A stretch of DNA of 64,000 nucleotides from Abditibacterium sp. (GTDB taxonomy: Bacteria; Armatimonadota; Abditibacteriia; Abditibacteriales; Abditibacteriaceae), in NCBI GenBank assembly GCA_965246885.1, contig OZ251992.1, forward strand, positions 1,696,001-1,760,000, read 5' to 3'. Numbering within the stretch: the stretch's first letter is position 1; each line of letters opens with the position of its first letter. This document shows positions 47,339 through 57,131 of this stretch, piece after piece. The translations under genes and the position numbers were made by a program. The notes beneath the pieces were generated by a model, which was given only the letters and a program-made list of their open reading frames with translations, searched no databases and was not told the DNA's origin.

Positions 47339-48736
47339 GTGTCCGATTCCCCCGTTAAGCCGCTTTGGAGCGGTCGTTTCGAGAGTGCGCCCGATGCGGC
47401 GATGCTGCGCTTCTCGTCGTCGCTACCTGTTGACTGCCGCTTGTGGCGCGAGGATATTCGCGGTTCCCTCGCGCACGTCGAGATGCTGAGCGCACAAGGC
47501 ATCATTCCCCCTGATGACGCGGCGCTAATTGCCGAGGGCTTGCGCGCATTGGAAGGCGCCCTTGAGAGCGGCGAGTTAGGCTTTGCCGGGGCCGATGACG
47601 AGGATATTCACTCGTGGGTCGAACGCGAACTGACGACGCGCATCGGGCCGGTCGCGGGCAAGCTGCATACGGCGCGCTCGCGCAACGATCAAATCGCCCT
47701 CGATGTCCGGCTCTACCTCAAAGAGGCATTGCGTGCGGCGCGCGGCGAAATCCGCGCCTTGCAAGGCACCCTCGTCGAGCGGGCCGAGGAGCATTTCGGG
47801 GCGATTTTGCCCGGTTACACGCACTTGCAACGCGCTCAGCCGGTGCTGTTGTCGCATCACTTGCTCGCGTATTTCTGGATGTTGGAGCGGGATTACGAGC
47901 GGCTGGGCGAGTGCTGGGTGCGGGCGGACGTGTTGCCCCTTGGCGCGGCGGCGCTCGCGGGCACGACGTTCCCGATTGACCGGCAGATGGTCGCGCGCGC
48001 GCTGGGATTTGCTCAGGTGTCGCGCAACTCGCTGGATACTGTCGCCGACCGCGACCACTTGCTCGAATCAGTCTCGGCGCTGTCGCTGTGCGCGTTGCAT
48101 TTGTCGCGCTTGGGCGAGGAGATGGTGCTGTGGAGCGCGCCGGAGTTCGGTTTCGTGCGGCTCGACGACCGCTTTTCGACGGGTTCGAGCATTATGCCGC
48201 AAAAGCGCAACCCCGACTCGATGGAGTTGGTGCGCGGTAAAGCGGCAAGGGTCTTTGGCGACTTAGCGTCCTTGTGGACGCTGGTCAAGAGTCTACCGCT
48301 CACTTACAACCGTGACTTGCAAGAAGACAAGGAGCCGCTTTTCGATGCCTTTGACACGGTGATTGCCAGCCTTCAGATAGCGCGCGGGGCGCTTGCGGGC
48401 GCCGTGTTCAACACCGAGCGGATGCGCGCGGTCGCGGGCGGGGGCTTTGCAACGGCGACGGATGTCGCCGATTACCTCGTGCGGCGCGGCGTTCCGTTCC
48501 GCGAAGCGCACGAGATAACGGGCGCGGCGGTGCGGTCGTGTGAGGCGTCCGGGCGGGAATTGTGGGACTTGACGCTCCACGAGTGGCAGGCGCTCGACGG
48601 ACGCTTTGACGCGGGCGTTTTGGAAGCGGTGCAGGTGGCGGGCAGTGTGGCGGGGCGCACGAGCGAGGGCGGAACCTCTCCGGTTCGAGTGCGCGAGCAG
48701 TTGGACGCGGCGCGGGCGTTGCTGGGAGGGGAGTAA
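47339..48736 (+). CDS. argH: Argininosuccinate lyase
   Basis: LWSGRF, HTARSRNDQ, PGYTHLQRAQP and GSSIMPQKRNPD. Confidence 0.96.
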   Translation: MSDSPVKPLWSGRFESAPDAAMLRFSSSLPVDCRLWREDIRGSLAHVEMLSAQGIIPPDDAALIAEGLRALEGALESGELGFAGADDEDIHSWVERELTTRIGPVAGKLHTARSRNDQIALDVRLYLKEALRAARGEIRALQGTLVERAEEHFGAILPGYTHLQRAQPVLLSHHLLAYFWMLERDYERLGECWVRADVLPLGAAALAGTTFPIDRQMVARALGFAQVSRNSLDTVADRDHLLESVSALSLCALHLSRLGEEMVLWSAPEFGFVRLDDRFSTGSSIMPQKRNPDSMELVRGKAARVFGDLASLWTLVKSLPLTYNRDLQEDKEPLFDAFDTVIASLQIARGALAGAVFNTERMRAVAGGGFATATDVADYLVRRGVPFREAHEITGAAVRSCEASGRELWDLTLHEWQALDGRFDAGVLEAVQVAGSVAGRTSEGGTSPVRVREQLDAARALLGGE

Positions 48737-48754
48737 GGGAAACCCCTTGAAACC

Positions 48755-49858
48755 ATGAGCAACATTCCCCGGACGTTGGCGTTGGCGGCGTGGGGCGACC
48801 CGATGGCGACCTCGACGTGGTCGGGCACGCCCGCGAATCTGGCGGTGGTATGGCGCGCGCAGGGCATCGAACTTGTGGGCCTCAACTGCCGTCCCGAACG
48901 AGCGGCGCTTCTCGCGGCGCACGCGCTCGATAAGGCGCGGGGCATGGACTTGGGTTTCACGCGGCGGCGCTTGGGACGGGCGGCGTGTGTGCGATTGTGC
49001 GCGAGCTTGCCCGCCAGTTGCGCGGGCGTGTTGCACATGAGTAGCGTGACGGTGCCGCCCGCCGATGCGACGCCGGGAGTGCGCCATTTTCTGCTGTGCG
49101 ACTCGATGAACGATTACTGGGCACGCTACGGCGTGGAGTCCAAGGCCCAGTCGCCGCGCCAACGGGCCGCCGCCGAAGTTGCCGAACGCGAAGCGGTCGC
49201 GTCGCTTTCGCTGGGGTTTCCGATCTCGGAGCACGCCGCACAATCGCTCCGTCAGCACTACGGCATGGACAGCGCGAAAATCACCGTCGTGGGCACCGGA
49301 CGCGGGGGGATTCGTCCGCTAAGCGGCGCGAAGTCGCGCCGCTCCAAGCAAGTGCTGATGGTCGCCAAACAACGCTTTGAGGACAAGGGCGGCCCGCTCC
49401 TGATAGAGGCCATCCGCCTCGCGCGAGCAAGCGACCCCGAAATTAGCCTGACCCTTGTGTCGCCGACGGAATTCGAGCACTTCGCGCGCGGCATCGAGGG
49501 GGTGCAGGTGACGGGCACGCTGCCTTGGGACGAACTGCAACGCTTGTTTGACGAAGCGCCGCTTTACGCCATGCCCGCGCCGTGCGAGCCTTGGGGGTTA
49601 GTCTATGCCGAGGCGCTCGCCACCCGCACGCCGATTCTGGGCCTCAACCGCGCGGCGCTTCCTGAACTGACGGGTGGGGGGCGCTACGGGTTTTTGGTGG
49701 AGGACGAGACGCCCGACGCCGTCGCGCGCGCCTTGGTGGGTGCTCTTGGCGACCCGGAGCGGTTGGCGCGCATGGGCGAGGAAGGGCAGGCGTTTTGTCT
49801 GGAGCATTTCTCGTGGGAGCGGACGGCGGAACTGATTAACGACGCGATTTGGGGTTAG
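48755..49858 (+). CDS. GT4 glycosyltransferase
   Basis: KGGPLL.EA, EPWGLVYAEALA and FSWE. Confidence 0.85.
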   Translation: MSNIPRTLALAAWGDPMATSTWSGTPANLAVVWRAQGIELVGLNCRPERAALLAAHALDKARGMDLGFTRRRLGRAACVRLCASLPASCAGVLHMSSVTVPPADATPGVRHFLLCDSMNDYWARYGVESKAQSPRQRAAAEVAEREAVASLSLGFPISEHAAQSLRQHYGMDSAKITVVGTGRGGIRPLSGAKSRRSKQVLMVAKQRFEDKGGPLLIEAIRLARASDPEISLTLVSPTEFEHFARGIEGVQVTGTLPWDELQRLFDEAPLYAMPAPCEPWGLVYAEALATRTPILGLNRAALPELTGGGRYGFLVEDETPDAVARALVGALGDPERLARMGEEGQAFCLEHFSWERTAELINDAIWG

Positions 49859-49900
49859 AGCGGGCCGGAGGAGGAGAATTTGCGGCAAACTCGCGCGCTC

Positions 49901-50902
49901 ATGCCCAATAAAGCCATCATCGTCACGACGATAAATGCCCCCAACGATGCCATCCGCGACATCGCCCACGAAGCGCCCGACTGGGACTTTTTGGTGATTG
50001 GCGACACCAAGACCCCCTCGCCTTGGGAGTTTCCCGGCGTGCGCTATTATGATGTGCCCGCGCAAGAAGCGCTGGACTTTCGCCTCGCTAAATTGTGCCC
50101 AACCCGCCACTACGCGCGCAAAAACCTCGGCTACTTGCTGGCCATCCAAGGCGCAGCGCCGTGTATCGCCGAGACCGATGACGACAACCTGCCGTATCCG
50201 GGTTGGCTTCAGAACCCCACGAAGACCATTGCGGCGCGTCCGGTGAAAAAGGCGGGATGGGAGAATGTGTATGCCCATTTTTCGCGCGAGCGGATTTGGC
50301 CGCGAGGGTTTCCCCTTGAATTTATCAACGAAAGTCTGCGCGCCGCGTCCCTTTTGGGCGTCGAAGCGCCGGTTGGATGTGCCATTCAGCAGTTCTTGGC
50401 CAATGACAATCCCGACGTAGACGCGGTGTTTCGGCTCACGACCGACCGTGAGATTAAGTTCACGCCTAACCGCGTCGTGTTGGAAAAAGGCACGTTTTGT
50501 CCGTTCAACTCGCAGAACACGCTGTGGTGGCCCGAAGCGTATCCGCTCCTGTATTTGCCTGCGTTCGTATCGTTTCGCATGACCGACATTTGGCGCGCGT
50601 TTGTGGCCCAGGTTTGTTTGTACGCTATGGGTGGTAAGCTGGCGTTCTGCGAAGCGACGATGTACCAGATACGCAATGAGCACTCGCTTATTCGCGATTT
50701 CGCGGACGAGGTGCCCGGTTATTTGCACAACGCGCGCATTATGGAGATTCTTACCGCGCTCCCGCTATCGAGCGCGCCGTCACAATGCGGGGACAACTTG
50801 TGGGCGTGCTACCGTGCGCTCGTCGCGGCGGCCATCGTGCCGGAAGAAGAGATGCCTCTCGTCGAGGCGTGGCTGACGGATGTGCGCGCGCTGGAAGGTT
50901 AG
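49901..50902 (+). CDS. STELLO/DUF288-like glycosyltransferase
   Basis: VTTIN, IGDTKTP, YARKNLGYL.AI, TDDDN, PFNSQNT and FRMTDIWR. Confidence 0.8.
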   Translation: MPNKAIIVTTINAPNDAIRDIAHEAPDWDFLVIGDTKTPSPWEFPGVRYYDVPAQEALDFRLAKLCPTRHYARKNLGYLLAIQGAAPCIAETDDDNLPYPGWLQNPTKTIAARPVKKAGWENVYAHFSRERIWPRGFPLEFINESLRAASLLGVEAPVGCAIQQFLANDNPDVDAVFRLTTDREIKFTPNRVVLEKGTFCPFNSQNTLWWPEAYPLLYLPAFVSFRMTDIWRAFVAQVCLYAMGGKLAFCEATMYQIRNEHSLIRDFADEVPGYLHNARIMEILTALPLSSAPSQCGDNLWACYRALVAAAIVPEEEMPLVEAWLTDVRALEG

Positions 50903-51090
50903 CGGCCAACTCAGCATACGTTGGCGCGTTATTAGCATAGATTCCCAATTGCAGCAACTTATCCTAATAACAGAGCGAAGCGCCTAACGCAGTGCGCCAG
51001 AAATCTTGGCCATGAGCAGGTCAGTTTCTGGCGCGGGCAGTAGGGCTTGCGATGAGTTGCGTGTTGTTTTTCGGTGCAAGGGGAATCACT

Positions 51091-51885
51091 ATGACTTCGC
51101 AAGACCTTCGTGCAGATATTGCCCGCCTTGAAGCGGTGCGGCGCCAAACCCAGATTTGGCGCGCCGGGATCAGTGTGGCCCTGTTGGTCACTACTGTCGG
51201 CTCTTTAGCTATGATCCGTAATTCGGTTTACGGACTATTCCAACCCGGTGACATACAAAATCAGTTCACGACCAAACTGTCCAGCAACTTGCAAAAAGAC
51301 GTGGTGCCGCAGGTGCAAGCCCTCGCCACCCAAACGCTCACGCAGATGCGGCCCGAAGTCGAGACGGCGTTTAACGGCCTCAACAAGCGCACGCCCGAAC
51401 TCTCGCAAGCCGCCTCGACGCAATTCGACACCTTGCAAAAGAACGTGCAGGAGAAAGGGCAAGCCGCCATCGAGAAGACCTTTGGAGACATGCTGGCCAA
51501 AAAGGAAGTTGACCTCAAAAAGCAGTTCCCCGACGCCAGCGACGAGAAACTCAAGGCCATCGCCAAGAACGTTTCCGACGAGGCCGCTGAGCGCATCGTG
51601 TCCTCGCGCGACACCCTCTTTTCCAAGCACCTCGCCGCGCTCAACAGCAGCATGGGCCACCTCTCCGACATCCAAGAAAGCGAGAAAGTGCCCGCCGACG
51701 AGCAAGTCGCCGACTGGGACTTGGTGTCCGCCGTTCTCGATATGGCCCACCACGACGCCAACAACCTCGGCGCCCCCAGCCTGACCACCTCGGCCGGCGG
51801 CGCCACGACATCGGCTTCCGCTTCTACTTCGACCACCAAACCGGCTCCGGCCAAGGACAAATCCAATGAATCCACAGGGTATTAA
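51091..51885 (+). CDS. Single-TM helical hypothetical protein
   Basis: Long ORF with an N-terminal TM segment and amphipathic helices. Confidence 0.7.
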   Translation: MTSQDLRADIARLEAVRRQTQIWRAGISVALLVTTVGSLAMIRNSVYGLFQPGDIQNQFTTKLSSNLQKDVVPQVQALATQTLTQMRPEVETAFNGLNKRTPELSQAASTQFDTLQKNVQEKGQAAIEKTFGDMLAKKEVDLKKQFPDASDEKLKAIAKNVSDEAAERIVSSRDTLFSKHLAALNSSMGHLSDIQESEKVPADEQVADWDLVSAVLDMAHHDANNLGAPSLTTSAGGATTSASASTSTTKPAPAKDKSNESTGY

Positions 51886-52723
51886 TCCATCGAATGAGCC
51901 GACCGAAGGCGGCAAAATCGTGTCGGCGTCCGGCCCTTCCGAAGTTGTCACCACACGCACAGGGGATCCCATCGTTGCGACGACGGGCACGACCACGGCC
52001 GAAACCGAAGACTACGCGGCGCGCTATATTCACTCCGAACTGGCCTCGGCGCGCCGCTCGCTGCGCATGACGCAAATCGGCGGCACTCTGCTGGCGCTGG
52101 GCACGTTGCTTTACTTGGGCTACATCACCAAGACGGTGCAAGACGAGACGCAACCGGATAGGGCAGCGCAAACCGCGTCTGGCCTTATTGGTGCTCGTGT
52201 GACGGAGCAAGCCGAAACGGTAGCCGCCCAAGCCAAGCAGCAGGTGCCCAAGCTCATTTCCGGCCTGCCCGATTATGCGCTCAAGCAGATGCCGGGCTAC
52301 CGCGAGCAACTGGAAACCCAGATTGATTCCGACGTCAACACCAATCTGGAAGCGGCGAGCAAGCAGATGGACGGGCACTTCGACGACTTCATCGGCGCCA
52401 ACAAAGAGCAGATCGCTTCCCTGCTCAAAGACGGCAACGACAAACAGGCCACCCATCAACTCGCCATTGCGCTGCAAGGGGAGTTCGAGAAGTTCCTCAA
52501 AGAAACGCCCACCAGCAGCACCAGCCCAGAGACAGCAAAGCAGAAAATAGACCAGACACTTGTCGCGCTTCAGCAAGTGAACACGCAACTGTCGCGCTTG
52601 GCCGCCAATAAAGGGCTGTCGCCCGAAGAACAAAAGATGCGCCGCGCCATCGCCATCTTGAGCAAGAACATCCACCAAGGCGTGGCCGACAGTGGAATTA
52701 AAGTCGCGCAGAACCCGATGTAA
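51866..52723 (+). CDS. Single-TM helical hypothetical protein
   Basis: Overlaps the previous gene, has a similar architecture, and is followed by a terminator. Confidence 0.7.
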   Translation: MNPQGINPSNEPTEGGKIVSASGPSEVVTTRTGDPIVATTGTTTAETEDYAARYIHSELASARRSLRMTQIGGTLLALGTLLYLGYITKTVQDETQPDRAAQTASGLIGARVTEQAETVAAQAKQQVPKLISGLPDYALKQMPGYREQLETQIDSDVNTNLEAASKQMDGHFDDFIGANKEQIASLLKDGNDKQATHQLAIALQGEFEKFLKETPTSSTSPETAKQKIDQTLVALQQVNTQLSRLAANKGLSPEEQKMRRAIAILSKNIHQGVADSGIKVAQNPM

Positions 52724-52738
52724 GAAGAAACGCGCACT

Positions 52739-52770
52739 AAAAGGGCGGCCACAAACGTGGCTGCCCTTTT
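52739..52770. terminator. Bidirectional terminator
   Basis: aaaagggcggccac-aaac-gtggctgccctttt between convergent genes. Confidence 0.75.
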
Positions 52771-52788
52771 GGTTTGTTTACCGTCGTC

Positions 52789-53451
52789 TTAGCGCGCTTT
52801 GTCGCGCTCGGTGGCGAGGATAGCGCCCGCGATGAGGAGACCTACTCCGCACGTCAGTTGAGCAATGGACGCGATGGACAAGCCCGATTGGGCTTTCTGT
52901 GTGTCGGCGGGTGTGCCTTCGGTTCCCTCGGTGGCGGAGTTGACGGGCTGATGGTCGTCAACGGCATACTCGCCCAAGGCGAGTGAGGCGATGGAGGTGA
53001 TTCCCGCGCCAACGATGAAAAAATCCTTCGCCAAACCCGCGATTTTGTAGGTGTCGCTTTGGTTGCGCGGCGGGCGCGAGCGCATGGCGACGTGCGCGAT
53101 GAAGGCGAGGAGCAATCCGGCGGCGCCGTATGGCTGAAAGCGCGCCCACGCCTCGTCCACCATTTTGCCGCGCTCTTCGGGGTCGTCGAGAACTTCGACG
53201 GACGGGTTGAGCGACAAGATGCCGAAAACGGAGCCGCCAAACCACACGGCGGTGCCCAAGTCGCCGATGATGCGCGTTAGGGCGCCGACTTTCTTTTCGG
53301 GCTTGAGATAGGGCAGGGCGTCGGCGAGGGCGCCCGCTTTGGAAGCCGCCGCTTTAAGGGCGTTCTTCTTGGCTTTGGTCAGGGATTTTTCGGCGTCGGA
53401 GCGGGCCGATTCGATGTGCGCGGCGCCTGCCGCGAGGGTGTCTTTGAACAT
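52789..53451 (-). CDS. Hypothetical membrane protein
   Basis: DLG.AVWFGGS.FG...LNP and AWARF; four hydrophobic segments. Confidence 0.7.
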   Translation of the reverse strand: MFKDTLAAGAAHIESARSDAEKSLTKAKKNALKAAASKAGALADALPYLKPEKKVGALTRIIGDLGTAVWFGGSVFGILSLNPSVEVLDDPEERGKMVDEAWARFQPYGAAGLLLAFIAHVAMRSRPPRNQSDTYKIAGLAKDFFIVGAGITSIASLALGEYAVDDHQPVNSATEGTEGTPADTQKAQSGLSIASIAQLTCGVGLLIAGAILATERDKAR

Positions 53452-53550
53452 AACGAGGTTTCCCGTGAAGGAGCGCGCAGTTTACGAGCCAAAAAAGTGC
53501 CGCGTCGCCTCGCGCGCAAAGAGGAGCAGGCAAGCTCTTGCCAAAAACAG

Positions 53551-53581
53551 CGCGGCCCGCCGAGAAATTCGGCGGGCCGCG
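53551..53581 (-). terminator. Intrinsic terminator
   Basis: Hairpin cgcggcccgccga / tcggcgggccgcg with a T-tract on the minus strand. Confidence 0.65.
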
Positions 53582-53601
53582 TGGGTATTGAAAAATAAGA
53601 C

Positions 53602-54417
53602 TTAGCCTGTCCACCAGTTGCTGGGGTGTTGCGACGGGTAGGAAACGTGCCCCTCTTTGCCAACGACCTCGTAAAAGATGGTGGCTTTGTCCCACGCGTT
53701 TTGCTGAGCGAGCACCGAGTAATCGCCCGATGTCAGTGGCTGGCCGCGTCTCTTGGTCATATATTTATTGAACGTTTGCCCCGCATCCGCATCGGCGAAC
53801 ACGAAGATTTGCATATTTGACCACTTGCCGTTGCCCGACAACTGTTGGCGCGCGGTTTCGGCGAGGTTGAACGCTTCTTGCGGGCTGCCGACGGGTTGCG
53901 ACGGCGCGATGCCAAAGGTCGCCGTCTTAAAGCGCGGGCTGGGTAAGCCGAGCATCGCGTAAGAAGGTGGAGGTGGCGCCCCGCCGCCACTTCCGCCCGG
54001 AGACGCGTTACTGCCCCCCGGTGGTGGCGGAGGGGGCGGCCCGACAGTGGTTGTCCCACCCCCACCTGTAAAGCCGCTTGGCCCGGGGTTGACAGTGACT
54101 TTGGGAGGCGTCGTCACGGCCCCCGGCTCGGCGGCACTGCTGCCGCCCAACATGCCCGACATGAACAGCGCCGCAACCGCACCGACCGCGAGGACACCGC
54201 CGACCACGAACACTTTCGGGTCGGTCTTCTTTTTCTCCTCGTCATCTTTGGCGCCCGGCGCACCCGCTTTGCCGCCCACCGCTTTGGGGGCGACGCCGGT
54301 GCGCGGCGCCGTTGCTCCTGCGCTCGCTCCGGCAGTGAGCGGCGTATAGCACGCCCAGCACATCACGGCTTCCGCCGGATTATCTTCTCCGCATTTTGGA
54401 CATTTTTTATTGGCCAC
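53602..54417 (-). CDS. Zinc-ribbon, TM and Pro/Gly-rich linker protein
   Basis: CPKCGEDN.....MCWAC, a TM segment, and GGAGGGA RBS before the GTG. Confidence 0.75.
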   Translation of the reverse strand: MANKKCPKCGEDNPAEAVMCWACYTPLTAGASAGATAPRTGVAPKAVGGKAGAPGAKDDEEKKKTDPKVFVVGGVLAVGAVAALFMSGMLGGSSAAEPGAVTTPPKVTVNPGPSGFTGGGGTTTVGPPPPPPPGGSNASPGGSGGGAPPPPSYAMLGLPSPRFKTATFGIAPSQPVGSPQEAFNLAETARQQLSGNGKWSNMQIFVFADADAGQTFNKYMTKRRGQPLTSGDYSVLAQQNAWDKATIFYEVVGKEGHVSYPSQHPSNWWTG

Positions 54418-54549
54418 AACTCCCTCCCGTATAGAATCAAGAAAAGTAACAGAGCCGCGCCCGAAGGCGCGAAAGCTCAACCTTGTATTTTAACCTATCT
54501 CGCGCTTCTTCACTGCCCAGAGAAATCTCAGCCCACTTCCTTCCCCTTG

Positions 54550-55992
54550 CTAACGCACATCATCGGCGCCGACGCGGTGCAGTTTCATTAAATTCGTCGA
54601 ACCCGACTGGGTAATCGGCGCTCCCAGAATCACCACGATCTTGTCGTCCGCCTGCGCCAATCCGGACGCGACCAGTTCGGCATCGGCCTGCGCGATTTGC
54701 GCGTCGGTCGAGCCGCACGGTCTCACCCGCAACGCCCGCACACCCCATGCCAAGTTCAACTGACGCTCGGCGAACTCATAGGGCGTAAAGGCGATGATGG
54801 GCACCGGCGGGCGGAACTTCGCCAGCTTGCGCGCCGTCGAGCCGCGTTCGGTGAAGCACGCGATCGCCTTTACCTTCAAATGTCCCGCCGCGTATGCCGC
54901 CGCTTGGCAAATCGCCGAAGCGAAATCCTCGTCGTCGTAATGATACAAATGCGGGCCGCCCAAGCCATCCTCTGTCGCGCCCTCGACTTTGGCCACGATG
55001 CGCGCCATCGTCGCCACCGCTTCGACGGGATGCGCGCCGCTCGCGGTTTCACCCGAAAGCATCACAGCATCGGTACCATCAAGCACGGCATTAGCCACAT
55101 CGCTCGCTTCGGCGCGCGTCGGGCGCGGGTTGGTCGTCATGCTTTCGAGCATCTGCGTGGCGGTAATGACGATCTTCCCCAACTCGTTGGCGCGCTTGAT
55201 GATGTGCTTTTGCAAAAGCGGCACGTCCTCGGTCGCCATCTCCACGCCCAAGTCGCCGCGCGCCACCATCACGCCGTCTGAGGCGGCGATGATCTCGTCC
55301 AGATTGTCCATCGCTTCCGGCTTTTCCAGCTTGGAGATGATCTTGATGTCGCTCATTGAGCCGCGCACGACGCGGCGTAGCTCCTCCACGTCTTCGACGC
55401 GCCGCACGAACGACAGCGCGATGTAGTCGAGGTGGTTGTTGATGGCCCATTGCGCATCGGCGTGGTCTTTATCGCTCATGGCGGGCGCCGACACGTTCAC
55501 GCCCGGCAGGTTGATGCCCTTGTTGGTCTTGAGAACCCCGCCGTCCACCACGACGCACCGCACATCGGTGTCGCTCACCGATTCGACGCGTAGCGACAGG
55601 TTGCCGTCATCGAGCAGAATCATGTTCCCCGGCTGACAGTCGTGGGGCAGGGCGGCGTATGTAGTGGAAACCTCGTGCGCGTCGCCCGCGACGGGGCGGG
55701 TCGTGAGGGTGAAAGGGCGCCCCGCGACGAGTTCGACTTGCCCCGCCGCCAAAGCGCCGGTGCGAATTTTGGGGCCTTGCAGGTCTTGCAAGATAGCGAG
55801 CGGAATGCCCTCTTCGCCCGCGACTTGCCGGATGGCGGCGATATGGGGCGCGTGCATCATCGAGCCGCCGTGCGAAAAGTTGAAGCGCGCCACGTCCATG
55901 CCCGCAAGGAGAAGCGAGCGCATGACTTCGGGATGATTGGACGCGGGGCCGATGGTAGCGATGATTTTGGCCCGCCGTTGAAAGTGCAGCAT
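54550..55992 (-). CDS. pyk: Pyruvate kinase
   Basis: KIIATIGPAS, DLQGPKIR, MVARGDLGVE and PTRAE.SDVANA. Confidence 0.97.
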   Translation of the reverse strand: MLHFQRRAKIIATIGPASNHPEVMRSLLLAGMDVARFNFSHGGSMMHAPHIAAIRQVAGEEGIPLAILQDLQGPKIRTGALAAGQVELVAGRPFTLTTRPVAGDAHEVSTTYAALPHDCQPGNMILLDDGNLSLRVESVSDTDVRCVVVDGGVLKTNKGINLPGVNVSAPAMSDKDHADAQWAINNHLDYIALSFVRRVEDVEELRRVVRGSMSDIKIISKLEKPEAMDNLDEIIAASDGVMVARGDLGVEMATEDVPLLQKHIIKRANELGKIVITATQMLESMTTNPRPTRAEASDVANAVLDGTDAVMLSGETASGAHPVEAVATMARIVAKVEGATEDGLGGPHLYHYDDEDFASAICQAAAYAAGHLKVKAIACFTERGSTARKLAKFRPPVPIIAFTPYEFAERQLNLAWGVRALRVRPCGSTDAQIAQADAELVASGLAQADDKIVVILGAPITQSGSTNLMKLHRVGADDVR

Positions 55993-55998
55993 AGAGAA

Positions 55999-56027
55999 AA
56001 AGGCGGACTTCCAAGAAGTCCGCCTTT
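55999..56027 (-). terminator. Terminator-like hairpin just upstream of pyk
   Basis: aaaggcggacttc-caa-gaagtccgccttt. Confidence 0.55.
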
Positions 56028-56091
56028 ATTTTGACCCACCCGCTTTACGAGTGCATGAAGCGCGCGTTTCGTTTGGCGGCGCTTTTCGCTT

Positions 56092-57054
56092 TCACCTCCC
56101 GGCGATTTGCTCGTTCAGCTTGCTGTTGGAGAGAGAGAAGTTGATGGTGTAGTCACTCGTGGCGAAGTAGTTCCGCGATCCGGGGTTAGTCGCGTACGAG
56201 CCAAGCACTTGGCGGATCCCCTCGTATTTGCGCCGCCCGCCCTTGGGTTTGAAGTAGCCGTCCACCATTTGCAGATACGGCGAAACTTCGACGCGGTTCG
56301 CCAAACGGTCGGGTACGCTCACTTTGTTAGGGTCATTGACGAACGCTTTGGCGGCCCCTTCGAGTTGGAGATTGAGGCGCGAGTAGCGATATACGGCCAA
56401 GGGTGCCCCCGGCCCATCAAGGCTACCGCTCATCAGCGCGAACAGCGCGCGCGGATCCATCTTGCCAATCTTGTCGCGCAGTTGGGCGAACGAGTAATTC
56501 TTCCCCGCGACGGTTTGGGTCTTGGCAGTATCGAAGTCGCGCGGTGTGCCCGAACCGGGAAGTGGGTAGAGGTCGGTGATGGCCTTGATGCGCAGCCCGT
56601 TGTAAGCGTTAATCCAGAACGTCAGTTCCGCGCTCGTGTCGGGAACCGTGCCCTTGGTGAGGTCTTGCGGGTCTTTGGGCGAAGTAAAGATCGGGAATTG
56701 CCCCATGTCGGCGATGGCAACGGCGCGCGCGAAAGTGGCGAGGTCGTTGTCGTCCTTGGCCTTGAGGTAATAGAACTCGCCTTTGCCCGACACGAAGCGG
56801 TGTAGGGCGGAGTCGAGCAACTCATACGGAAACGCCACGCCCGTGCCCATCGCGCGCAGTTCGTCGTCAGAATAGTCGGCGGCTTTCTTGGTCGCTACGG
56901 TCGCCGTCGGCGCGACGCCGCTCGGCCCGCCAGCATTGGTGGCGTCGGGGTTGAGCGGCGTGGGCGGCGGGAGCGGGATGTTGACGGTGTCGCCGAACGC
57001 GGCGGACGCGGCCAAGCAGAGGGCAGTGGGCAGCAAGAATCTCAGGTGTTTCAT
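56092..57054 (-). CDS. Secreted DUF547-like protein
   Basis: Signal peptide, FWINAYN, DPR..FAL and L.GAA.AFVN. Confidence 0.7.
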   Translation of the reverse strand: MKHLRFLLPTALCLAASAAFGDTVNIPLPPPTPLNPDATNAGGPSGVAPTATVATKKAADYSDDELRAMGTGVAFPYELLDSALHRFVSGKGEFYYLKAKDDNDLATFARAVAIADMGQFPIFTSPKDPQDLTKGTVPDTSAELTFWINAYNGLRIKAITDLYPLPGSGTPRDFDTAKTQTVAGKNYSFAQLRDKIGKMDPRALFALMSGSLDGPGAPLAVYRYSRLNLQLEGAAKAFVNDPNKVSVPDRLANRVEVSPYLQMVDGYFKPKGGRRKYEGIRQVLGSYATNPGSRNYFATSDYTINFSLSNSKLNEQIAGR

Positions 57055-57131
57055 AAAATGCGTCTTTAGTTGACAACAAGCGCGCCCCCACGACGCGGCA
57101 ACGCGGCAAGAAGTTCAAAGGCGAGCGCCCC

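Noticed and set aside
50912..50960. agcata recurring at 21 bp (also ccaatc at 16418 and 16439)
   Set aside because: Only two short matches in each case, compatible with chance; the second overlaps a terminator-like hairpin
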